NCBI GenBank assembly: GCA_002269645.1
Contig: NIVC01001757.1
Location: 87,320-151,319 of the forward strand
DNA from: Macrostomum lignano
Taxonomy: Eukaryota
Length of the DNA stretch: 64,000 nucleotides
Direction of reading: 5' to 3'
The position numbers and the translations under genes were made by a program. Below, one piece after another: positions 24,701-35,586 of the stretch. The notes beneath the pieces are model-generated. The model was not told the origin of the DNA. It saw only the letters and a list, made by a program, of their open reading frames with translations, and did no database searches. How positions within the stretch are numbered: position 1 is the stretch's first letter; every line of letters begins with the position of its first letter.

Positions 24701-27700
24701 GTAGGACAATATCTATCTACTGTAGGACAATATCTATCTACTGTAGGACAATATCTACTGTAGGACAATATCTATCTACTGTAGGACAATACCTATCTAC
24801 TGTAGGACAATATCTATCTACTGTAGGACAATATCTACTGTAGGACAATATCTACTGTAGGACAATATCTACTGTAGGACAATATCTACTGTAGGACAAT
24901 ATCTATCTACTGTAGGACAATATCTACTGTAGGACAATATCTACTGTAGGACAATATCTACTGTAGGACAATATCTACTGTAGGACAATATCTATCTACT
25001 GTAGGACAATATCTATCTACTGTAGGACAATATCTACTGTAGGACAATATCTATCTACTGTAGGACAATATCTATCTACTGTAGGACAATATCTACTGTA
25101 GGACAATATCTATCTACTGTAGGACAATACCTATCTACTGTAGGACAATATCTATCTACTGTAGGACAATATCTACTGTAGGACAATATCTACTGTAGGA
25201 CAATATCTATCTACTGTAGGACAATATCTATCTACTGAAGGACAATATCTACTGTAGGACAATATCTATCTACTGTAGGACAATATCTATCTACTGAAGG
25301 ACAATATCTACTGTAGGACAATATCTACTGTAGGACAATATCTATCTACTGTAGGACAATATCTATCTACTGTAGGACAATATCTATCTACTGTAGGACA
25401 ATATCTACTGTAGGACAATATCTACTGTAGGACAATATCTATCTACTGTAGGACAATATCTATCTACTGTAGGACAATATCTATCTACTGTAGGACAATA
25501 TCTATCTACTGAAGGACAATATCTACTGTAGGACAATATCTATCTACTGTAGGACAATACCTATCTACTGTAGGACAATATCTATCTACTGTAGGACAAT
25601 ATCTACTGTAGGACAATATCTACTGTAGGACAATATCTATCTACTGTAGGACAATATCTATCTACTGTAGGACAATATCTATCTACTGTAGGACAATATC
25701 TATCTACTGAAGGACAATATCTACTGTAGGACAATATCTATCTACTGTAGGACAATATCTACTGTAGGACAATATCTACTGTAGGACAATATCTATCTAC
25801 TGTAGGGCAATATCTATCTACTGTAGGACAATATCTATCTACTGTAGGACAATATCTATCTACTGTAGGACAATATCTACTGTAGGACAATATCTATCTA
25901 CTGTAGGGCAATATCTATCTACTGTAGGACAATATCTATCTACTGTAGGACAATATCTATCTACTGTAGGACAATATCTACTGTAGGACAATATCTATCA
26001 ACTGTAGGACAATATCTACTATAGGACAATATCTACTGTAAGACAATATCTATCTACTGTAGGACAATATCTACTGTAGGACAATATCTATCTACTGTAG
26101 GACAATATCTACTGTAGGACAATATCTACTGTAGGACAATATCTATCTACTGTAGGACAATATCTACTGTAGGACAATATCTACTGTAGGACAATATCTA
26201 TCTACTGTAGGACAATATCTATCTACTGTAGGACAATATCTATCTACTGTAGGACAATATCTATCTACTGAAGGACAATATCTACTGTAGGAAAATATCT
26301 ATCTACTGTAGGACAATATCTACTGTAGGACAATATCTACTGTAGGACAATATCTATCTACTGTAGGGCAATATCTATCTACTGTAGGACAATATCTATC
26401 TACTGTAGGACAATATCTATCTACTGTAGGACAATATCTATCTACTGTAGGACAATATCTATCTACTGTAGGACAATATCTATCTACTGTAGGACAATAT
26501 CTATCTACTGTAGGGCAATATCTATCTACTGTAGGACAATATCTATCTACTGTAGGACAATATCTATCTACTGTAGGACAATATCTACTGTAGGACAATA
26601 TCTATCAACTGTAGGACAATATCTACTATAGGACAATATCTACTGTAAGACAATATCTATCTACTGTAGGACAATATCTACTGTAGGACAATATCTATCT
26701 ACTGTAGGACAATATCTACTGTAGGACAATATCTACTGTAGGACAATATCTATCTACTGTAGGACAATATCTACTGTAGGACAATATCTACTGTAGGACA
26801 ATATCTATCTACTGTAGGACAATATCTATCTACTGTAGGACAATATCTATCTACTGTAGGACAATATCTATCTACTGTAGGACAATATCTACTGTAGGAC
26901 AATATCTATCTACTGTAGGACAATATCTACTGTAGGACAATATCTATCTACTGTAGGACAATATCTACTGTAGGACAATATCTACTGTAGGACAATATCT
27001 ATCTACTGTAGGACAATACCTATCTACTGTAGGACAATATCTACTGTAGGAAAATATCTATCTAGTAAAGGACAATATCTATCTGCTTATAAGACAATAT
27101 CTATGCACTATTTATAGAAGAGGCTACATCTCGCTACTGCAGTGCAACATCTATCTGGCAGTACCTGTGCAACGCCGTACTGTTCGCGCAATTCGCCCAG
27201 CTCAGCCTCGGTGGATTTCAGCTGAACAGTCTTCTTTAGCAGATTTGCTTCAAGCTGTTTAATATTGGATTTAGCCAACTTCAACTCGGACTCGACCGAC
27301 TCAAGTTGAGCAGTCTTCTCAATCAGGTTCGAGTCCAACTGTTCATAATTAGCTTTGGCGGACTCTAACTCAGATTCGGCAGTCTCAAGTTGAGCAGTCT
27401 TAGCAGCCAGTTCAGCTTCTAATTGTTCGATATTTGACTTAGCCGACTGCAGCTCAGATCTGGAAGACTCAAACTGAGCAGCCTTCTCAACTAGGTTGGC
27501 TTCCAACTGTTCGACATTCGAATTGGCCAACTGCAACTCGGACTCGGCGGACTCAAGCTGAGTCTGTTTATCAACTAACTCGGCTTCTAATTTATCGACG
27601 GTGGCCTTGAGCAATTCTAGCTCGGATTCTGCTGTCTCTAGTTGAGCAGTCTTCTCAATTAGGCTAGTTTCGAACTGTTCAATGCTGGATTTAGCGGAAT

Positions 27701-30700
27701 TCAACTGCAACTCGGCGGAATCGAGTTCAGCTGTCTTGTCAACGAGTTCGGATTTCAACTGTTCCATACCGGATTTAGCTGATTCTAATTCGGATTGAGC
27801 TTGCTCAAGTTGAGAAGTTTTGTCAACTATTTCAGCTTCCATCTGTTCAAGATTTGATTTAGCAGATTTCAATTCGGTTTCAGCGGACTCAAGTTGGGTA
27901 GCTTTTTTGTTAAGGTTAACTTCGAGCTGTTCGATGTTGGACTTAGCGGATTCCAGCTCAGACTCGGCGGTTTCGAGTTGATTCGCAGTCTCAACCAGAT
28001 CGGTTTCCAACTGTTCGATATTGGATTTAGCCAATTCGAGCTCAGACTCGGCGGACTCAAGCCGGGTAGACTTCTCAGCTAGATTAGCTTCGACGAGTTT
28101 GAGTTTGGAAGTTGAAGATTCTAATTCAGCCTTTGCGGCATCCAACTCAGCAACTTTCTCACTCAACTGTGCTGCAGCTTGTTCCAACTCAGCCCTAACC
28201 GACTCCAGCAGAGCATTCAATTCGGCCTCCTTTTTCTCAGAATCCAACTGAGCAGCCTTGGTGAACTCCAACTCAGCCTCTAGTCCGGCTAACTGAGCAG
28301 ATTTCTCAACTAGAGCGGCTTCGAATTCTTTATAAACCGAGTCGTCGGATTTGGAATCGGCAGTTTGATTAGCCAATGCCAACTTGGCCTTGAGCTCGGC
28401 GCCCTCCTCGGCTAATTCGGCCATCTGATCGCGCAGCTGATCACAATTGGCGGCCAGATTCTTGGCTTCATCCTGGGCCTGCTCGGTGTCGGCTAGAGCG
28501 CCTGACAGCTCCGATTGGAGGTGATCGGCTCGGCTTATAGCGGCGGCCAGTTCGGCTTCCAGGGTGCGGCATCTGGGGCAAAAAGGAAAGGACACTTGAA
28601 GGTCGTTTGCGCCAAATGGCTTCCAGGGTGCGGCATCTGGGGCAAAAGGGAAAGGACACTTGAAGGTCGTTTGCGCCAAATGGCTTCCAGGGTGCGGCAT
28701 CTGGGGCAAAAGGGAAAGGACACTTGAAGGTCGTTTGCGCCAAATGGCTTCAAGGGTGCGGCATCTGGGGCAAAAGGGAAAGGACACTTGAAGGTCGTTT
28801 GCGCCAAATGGCTTCCAGGGTGCGGCATCTGGGGCAAAAGGGAAAGGACACTTGAAGGTCGTTTGCACCATATGGCTTCCAGGGTGCGGCATCTGGGGCA
28901 AAAGGGAAAGGACACTTGAAGGTCGTTTGCGCCAAATGGCTTCCAGGGTGCGGCATCTGGGGCAAAAGGGAAAGGACACTCGATTTAGCACACTAAACTC
29001 TGCCAATTGTGCCACAAAGTTACATGTATCTGTGCTGTTGGCACAGTTGCCTTATTAAATAAAACCTACCTAGCAGCCATCGCTTGTTCATCGTAATGGC
29101 AGTCGGTCTGGGCTTCAACAGCAACAGCCCTAGTCGAGGACTCAGCCGACGAACGCGATGTTGAAATGGACAACGACGCGGACGGGCCGGGCGGCTTCTT
29201 CGCTAGGTGCATCAGATCGTCTAGACGAAGGCTTGGAGGCGAATTAGTGGCCGCTTCTGCTTCGGTTTCAGCATCAGCAGCGGTGGAGGCAGAGGCGGCG
29301 TTGGCGGTACCTTCAGCGACTTCGCCAGTCATTAAACTGCTGCCAGGACAGGTGGTCACGTCTGTCAAGGTGGAAGTCACCGATACGCCAGGTGGCTGCG
29401 GCGGCTTGGGCGCCGTTGTCGTTGGCGGAGGCGACGGCGGCGTGGCCCATTCGTCGGCGTCGGTGTCTAGCAGGTGATGATGCTGATGGCGATTATGGCG
29501 ATGATGCTGCTGCTGCTGCTGTTGATGAGGCTGGGACAGCTGATGCTCGCTAGCCGATGCTTGCTGCTGATCGTCTAGATTGAAGCTGCAGTTGGATGCC
29601 TCGGCAACTGTGTAAGGAAGTAGGATCAGGAAATCGATTGATGCAGCGGGGAGGCTGGTTTTTAAAGGGCCAGAATTATTAAAACTAAGAAACATTCCCT
29701 ATTAGCGGGGAAGGAAAGTTTTGGATTAGAGTAGGTGCCTTTAGGATTAGATTAAAGGACTTGGGAATAGAGGAAAGAGATCTGGGAATATGGGAAGCAG
29801 ATTTTGGAATAAGTGAAGTCACTTGGGATTAGGGATTCTGAGAAGGGACTAAAAGGAAAAGGACATCTGAGAAAAGGACATCTAGTTAGTTAAAGGAGTT
29901 AGGCTCAGGTGAAGCAGATTGTGAGGAGATTGAGGCATTTATCAGATAATAAGAATTTGACTCAAATTTGTACTCACCAGCCCCAGCCAGCAGCGCTTCG
30001 AGCATGCAGCCAATCCTTCCAAAGCCAGTCAGCGCCTGTTTAACCTCGGCCACGTGATCCTGCAGATTGCGCATAGCCAACGCGTTCTCTTCTTCCATCG
30101 AGCGTAGGCCGGGCGTACCAGGCGGCTGCATCAGCTGGGCGGATAGCAGAGACACGTCGCGATTGTACTGGTTGTTACCCAGAGCAAACGAATCGTCTTC
30201 CTGATTAGCGCCGCAGGGGCGAATTGATGACATCCTATGATTAGTATTGTTCATAGTAGTATTGTTAGCGAAAGCGGTAGCCGAGCCTAGCAGAGCGGAC
30301 ACATTGCCTAGCGTAGTGGACAGAGCGGCCTGGAGACCGGCCTCGGCGCCGCGCAGCTGACCGAGCAGCCGGTCGAAGACGCCTTTCAACTGGCCGAGCT
30401 CGGCGGCGCTCATCGCTGCCGCGGCGTCCATCGACATTGGCAGAGAATGGGTGCGCAACTGCGACACCTGCGTTAGGGTTGATGGGTGCAAATACAGCAG
30501 GCTTATTGTTGAGAGAGAGAGTCAGCTAAGTTGCATCTGGAGTCAACTAGGTTGCAACTGAAGTCAATCAGGTTGCAACTGGAGTCAATTAGGTTGCAAC
30601 TGGAGTCAATTAAGTTGCAACTGGAGTCAATTAGGTTGCAAGTGGAGTCAACTAGGGTTGCAACTGGAGTCAACTAGGTTGCAAGTGGAGTCAACTAGGG

Positions 30701-33700
30701 TTGCAACTGGAGTCAACTAGGTTGCAACTAGTCAATTAGGTTGCAACTGGAGTCAACTAGGGTTGCAACTGGAGTCAACTAAGGTTGCAACTGGAGTCAA
30801 TTAGGTTGCAAGTGGAGTCAACTAGGGTTGCAACTGGAGTCAACTAGGGTTGCAACTGGAGTCAACTAGGGTTGCAACTGGAGTCAACTAGGGTTGCAAC
30901 TGGAGTCAACTAGGTTGCAACTGGAGTCAACTAGGGTTGCAACTGGAGTCAACTAGGTTGCAACTGGAGTCAACTAGGGTTGCAACTGGAGTCAACTAGG
31001 TTGCAACTGGAGTCAACTAGGGTTGCAACTGAAGTCAATTAGGGTTGCAACTGGAGTCAACTAGGGTTGCAACTGGAGTCAACTAGGTTGCAACTGGAGT
31101 CAACTAGGGTTGCAACTGGAGTCAACTAGGTTGCAACTGGAGTCAACTAGGGTTGCAACTGGAGTCAATCAGGGTTGCAACTGGAGTCAATCAGGGTTGC
31201 AACTGGAGTCAACTAGGGTTGCAACTGGAGTCAACTAGGGTTGCAACTGGAGTAAGCAAAGTTGCAACTGGAGTCAACTAAATTGACAGTCAGCTCTCAT
31301 ATGTGCCTACATGGAGATAATACACAGTATATATATATATATCACTATTCTAATTTGAAAGTTGAATTCAAATTCAAAGTACAAACAGAAAATTTAAAGT
31401 ACTAGACAATTAGACAGTTGTTGCAGTGACTAGTCATGAAAAAAACAGATTATTAAGATTAACCGGCGCCCAGAAATATTTAGCCATAAAAGCTACAAGC
31501 AATAAAATACAATTCAGTATTTTATAGCAAAGCTTATCACTTATCAAAGAGGAAGTAATAAATGTATGCAATTATGTAAAGAATTAATTGGGAATAAAGT
31601 AGAATTACAACACAAGCTATCAAGAAAAACGCACGTATTCCCACGAGGTCCAAATGCAGTTGCAAAAAAATATTTTTATCATACTTTTTATTATCCAAAA
31701 CGATAAGTTGCAGGCGATAGTTAAAGCCATGAGAATAATATTATATTTGTCCTTTAAGCTAACAAAAATGCTGGTCTTACTACTTTAAAGCAGCCCAGTA
31801 AGATTTTACTCCTTTTATAAAAATAAGGTGACATTAGTTTCTACTTGTCATTTACATACTTGTAAGTAACCTACTTGTCAGTATCCTACTTGTCAGTAAC
31901 CTACCTGTCAGTATCCTACTTGTCAGTATCCTAGTTATCAGTATCCTACTTGTCAGTAACCTACCTGTCAGTAACCTAACTGTCATCAGTAACCTACCTG
32001 TCAGTAACATACTTGTCAGTAACCTACCTGTCAGTAACCTACTTGTCAGTAACCTACTTGTCAGTAACCTACCTGTCAGTAACCTACCTGTCAGAAGCCT
32101 CTACCTGTCAGTAACCTACTTGTCAGGGAATAAACTACTAACCTCCGCTCAGTTGATGAAGAGAATAGGGGCTCTCTCTTTTATAGCAACTTGTGCTTAT
32201 TATCAAGGGCTCACTGGGTGCTAAATATAATAACTTTACAGAGTCAACTCACCTGTTCTATCAGCCCTGGCCCAGTCAACTCAGACATGCTCAATTCGTA
32301 ATTAATCTGTCCAGCATTAGTCGTAGCAGCGGCCGCTTCTGTCACTGCGCAGTCATCGTCCTCAATGGTAGCAGGAGCATTCCCGGGTGCCGCAACCCCG
32401 CCACTACTAGCCAGAGATGTGACGCACAGATGATAGAACCGTTTACCGCTAGCATTCAAGCACTGACGCGCCTCGGCGCTCATTTCAACCAACTGTTGCT
32501 GCTGTTGCTGCTGCTGTTGTTGTTGCAACTCCGCTGCAGAGCCAAGCAGGCTTAAAGCGCCGAGACCTTCAACCAGAGCAGACACGCTGCCACCGCCGCC
32601 ACCGCTAGTTGGACCAGCTGAAGTGGAGGCGGGCACTGAGCCGGCAATAGTGAGGCTGCGTCGATTCTGAGCTCCCAGTTGGATGCTCTCCCAGAACGAG
32701 CCGCCAGCTTCCACGTCTAAGCCGCCGCCGCCGCCGCCGCGTTGAATTGATGAAGAGGCCGTGTCAGCATCCGTAGCCGTACTGCGATGCTGCAGATGCT
32801 GCTGGAAATTAGTAGTAGTTTTTGCTGCTGCTGCTGTTACCAGGGGAACCGGAGCGCTGGCCTGACCGTTGATTGCTTTCTCGGCGTTTAGAGACGCAAC
32901 TTCCTGCTGTAAGTAGCAAGATCGGGTAGAATATGAAGAATAGTGTTTAAAGCTACATGTTAGGCATAAATAAAAATAAAAACTACATACCCGATATTCA
33001 TCCAGAAGCTGATTGAGCTCTTCGATTTCAGCTTTGCCTTCGTCTAGTTGCGCTTGCAGATTCTGTGCAATGAGGAAGGATAACAGAGTGATTAATATGA
33101 TGCATAGCACTAAGTCAGAATAACACTGCAAGAATTCTAATCTGAGGGATTTATCCAAAGAAATTTTTGAACTTGAGCATCAAATGCAAAGCAATACACA
33201 ATTTGAGAATCAGATCCCAGATAGGAGAAAATCCCATTTGAGCATCAGATCCCAGATAGGAGAAAATCCCATTTGAGCATCAGATCCCAGATAGGAGAGA
33301 ATCCCATTTGAGCATCAGATCCCAGATAGGAGAGAATCCCATTTGAGCATCAGATCCCAGATAGGAGAGAATCCCATTTGAGCATCAGATCCCAGATAGG
33401 AGAGAATCCCATTTGAGCATCAGATCCCAGATAGGAGAGAATCCCATTTGAGCATCAGATCCCAGATAGGAGAGAATCCCATTTGAGCATCAGATCCCAG
33501 ATAGGAGAGAATCCCATTTGAGCATCAGATCCCAGATAGGAGAGAATCCCATTTGAGCATCAGATCCCAGATAGGAGAGAATCCCATTTGAGCATCAGAT
33601 CCCAGATAGGAGAGAATCCCATTTGAGTATCAGATCCCAGATAGGAGAATCCCATTTGAGTATCAGATCCCAGATAGGAGATAATCTCATTTGAGCATTA

Positions 33701-35586
33701 GATGCCAAATAAAAGATAATTCCATTTGAGCGTGAGATCCCAAGAAATCCCATTTATGATTTAAGAACAAATCGAATTTCTAGAAATATCCCAAGCTAAG
33801 AATCCCACGAAAGGCCATCCAAGTTATCACACAAAAATGCATTATCGTTTAGCGTCAGATTCCATAAAGTCACACTTAAGCACTTTAATAGCGGTAGCTT
33901 ATACCTCAATAACGGTGCCAGCATCAGCGAGAGAGCCATTCGCAGCCTCCAATTCCTTATTCAGCTCGGCCACTCGTTCGGGCAGTTCGGCCAAAGCAAA
34001 ACCGCACTCTTCCGCAGCGGCTTCCAGTTCTTTGAGTTTGGCCGCTTCTGCCTCAGCCTTGGCTAGGCGAGACTCGAGCTTCTCCTGCCTACGCCAAGAG
34101 CCCTGCAACAGGCCGGCCATCTTCAATATGCGCTGCTCATTCAAATCGCCAGATTTCGTAGACGAAGCCGCGCCGCCAGCCGACGTTGAAGCGCCCGGAG
34201 CTGTCGCGGCGGCATTGGAATCGTTGTTATTAGGTAAGCTGCTTGTGCCGCCGACGACATTGGCAGAAACGGCGTTGTCGAGTTGCTCGCGCAATTTGGC
34301 GCATCGGGCTTCGGCGTCGTCGCGTTCGATTTGAGCAGATTTTAATTGTTCGTCTAACTGGCTGAGCGCTTCGGAGCCTTCGGTTAATAGGCGTCGCTTA
34401 ACTTCTAGTTCGCGAGTCAGGCTCTCTACGCGTGATTCTAAGTAGGCGACCCGAGTCTAAATTTGAATTTACAATTGATAAAATTAATATTAGGAGGCTC
34501 TCTACGCGTGATTCTAAGTAAGATAATAGTCTGTAAATTTCAATTTGCAATCGTCCAATCAATAAAATTAATACTATAAGGCTCTCGAGTCTCTACGCCT
34601 AATTATAAGAAGGCTAAATGAGTCTGTAAATTCGAATTCATAATCGATAAGGTTAAAATCGTGAGGCTCTCTACGCGGTACTGTAAGTAGACTAAGCGGG
34701 TCAGTAAATTTTAATCTACAATTGATAAAATTAAGATCGTGAGGCTCACTACGAAATTTCAAATAAAAAATTATTATATTAAATTCTGGGGCTCTTTACG
34801 TGAAATTCTAAGTGGACAAAGCAGATGCGCAATTCACAGATTTAGTTCATTCACAGGCTCCTTTTCTAAGAATCACATTGTGGACTAAAGATAATTGAAA
34901 AATTCCATTTCAGAATGAGGTCCTCCATGATATAAATATCTAATTGCTCTTACTATACTTGGTTTAGGAAAGTAGAAACATGCTTGGGCGCAACCTTGGG
35001 ATCCACCCGGCCGCCTCTATTGGCAACACACACATGTAAGTCGCTATTGGACGGAATAGTAGTCACGTGACTGCTCTCAGCCAATAGCGAGTTACATGCG
35101 TGTGTTGCCAATAGAAACGGCCGGGTGATTCCCAAGGTTGCGTACGTATGACTGTAGAAAAGTTGTGAAACAAACCAAATCAGTAGAAACATCGGCTCCA
35201 TTGGTGACTTTATCCAGCTTTTCTTTTAAATGATAGCAGTGCAAACGTAAATCGAAATTCTCCTGCACTAGTTTGGTCATTTTCTGCAAGAAAAAAGCAA
35301 AATGCTTCTAAATTTTAACAAATTATTCTAACATTAAAAATGAATATGAAAACATTAAACTAAAAAAATTACAAACCTCATCAGGCTCGGCACCATGAGC
35401 AATATTGGCAAACTTCTTTACACTTTTGGTCCCAACTGCTGATAAAACATAAAATAAGCACTTAGTAATTAGCGGTTACAACTAATTAAAATGGCAAAAG
35501 CAAAGACATTGGCTATATATTTTCTTACCAGCAGGGAATGGTGATTGCAGTGCGGCAAATGTAGAATCCTGTGTTGCATCACTCAT
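21747..35586 (-). CDS. Centrosomin/CDK5RAP2/myomegalin-family long coiled-coil protein (N-terminal CM1, C-terminal CM2-like), about 1806 aa (1934 aa if the outer acceptor at 28957 is used)
   Basis: Hand-spliced exons (minus): 35529-35586, 35377-35438, 35176-35283, 33905-34456, 32991-33062, 32253-32906, 29978-30467, 29070-29607, 27165-28572, 24167-24330, 23528-23623, 22777-23423, 21747-22318. All GT-AG, phases consistent, total 5421 nt. The N-terminus KSVKKF...KMTKLVQENFDLRLHCYHLKEKL...LESRVESLTRELEVKRRLLTEGSEALSQL matches the CM1 pattern (LxKENFxLKLRIYFLEE). The C-terminus LSTTETLLATAKQRL resembles CM2 (QLxKTHxVLxKARxNL). Gene structure is well supported; the family call comes from motif recall. 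Confidence 0.8.
22435..22625. repeat. Minisatellite, about 34-bp unit AGAGCGATTTCCCAGGGCGATTCTTATGTTGGGT
   Basis: 5-6 copies in intron 22319-22776. Confidence 0.85.
23725..24112. repeat. Minisatellite, 28-bp unit CAGCAACTGAGGATCTGGGAGAATGGC(C/T)
   Basis: About 13 copies in intron 23624-24166. Confidence 0.92.
24495..27090. repeat. Minisatellite of interspersed 17-bp (TACTGTAGGACAATATC) and 21-bp (+TATC) units
   Basis: Fills intron 24331-27164; 7-aa pseudo-ORF DRYCPTV. Confidence 0.97.
28555..28980 (-). repeat. 64-bp tandem repeat spanning a 3' splice site, about 6.7 copies
   Basis: Unit starts at 28555, 28619 ... 28939. On the minus strand each unit reads CCTTTCCCTTTTGCCCCAG|ATGCCGCACCCTGGAAGCC. 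Confidence 0.95.
30525..31282. repeat. Minisatellite, 22/23-bp unit (G)GGTTGCAACTGGAGTCAACTA
   Basis: About 33 copies in intron 30468-32252. Confidence 0.96.
31845..32125. repeat. Minisatellite, 15-bp unit CCTAC(T/C)TGTCAGTAA
   Basis: About 17 copies, same intron. Confidence 0.9.
33200..33750. repeat. Minisatellite, 35-bp unit ATCCCATTTGAGCATCAGATCCCAGATAGGAGAGA
   Basis: Period 35 (33301, 33336); intron 33063-33904. Confidence 0.96.
34419..34815 (-). repeat. Degenerate repeat of about 80 bp spanning the 34457 splice acceptor
   Basis: AGGCTCTCTACGCG motif at 34419 (inside exon), 34495, 34579, 34664, 34742 and about 34790. Confidence 0.75.
34979..35150. mobile_element. 172-bp near-perfect foldback MITE, copy 1
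   Basis: Whole element is one long palindrome centred on GTCACGTGAC; highly similar in reverse orientation to 39023-39194. TSD is imperfect (GTAGAAA on both sides, offset). Confidence 0.85.

Noticed and set aside
30525-31282. Interstitial telomere (TAGGGTT motifs; also TTAGGG in the 57-kb array)
   Set aside because: Hexamers are isolated within longer units, never in tandem runs.
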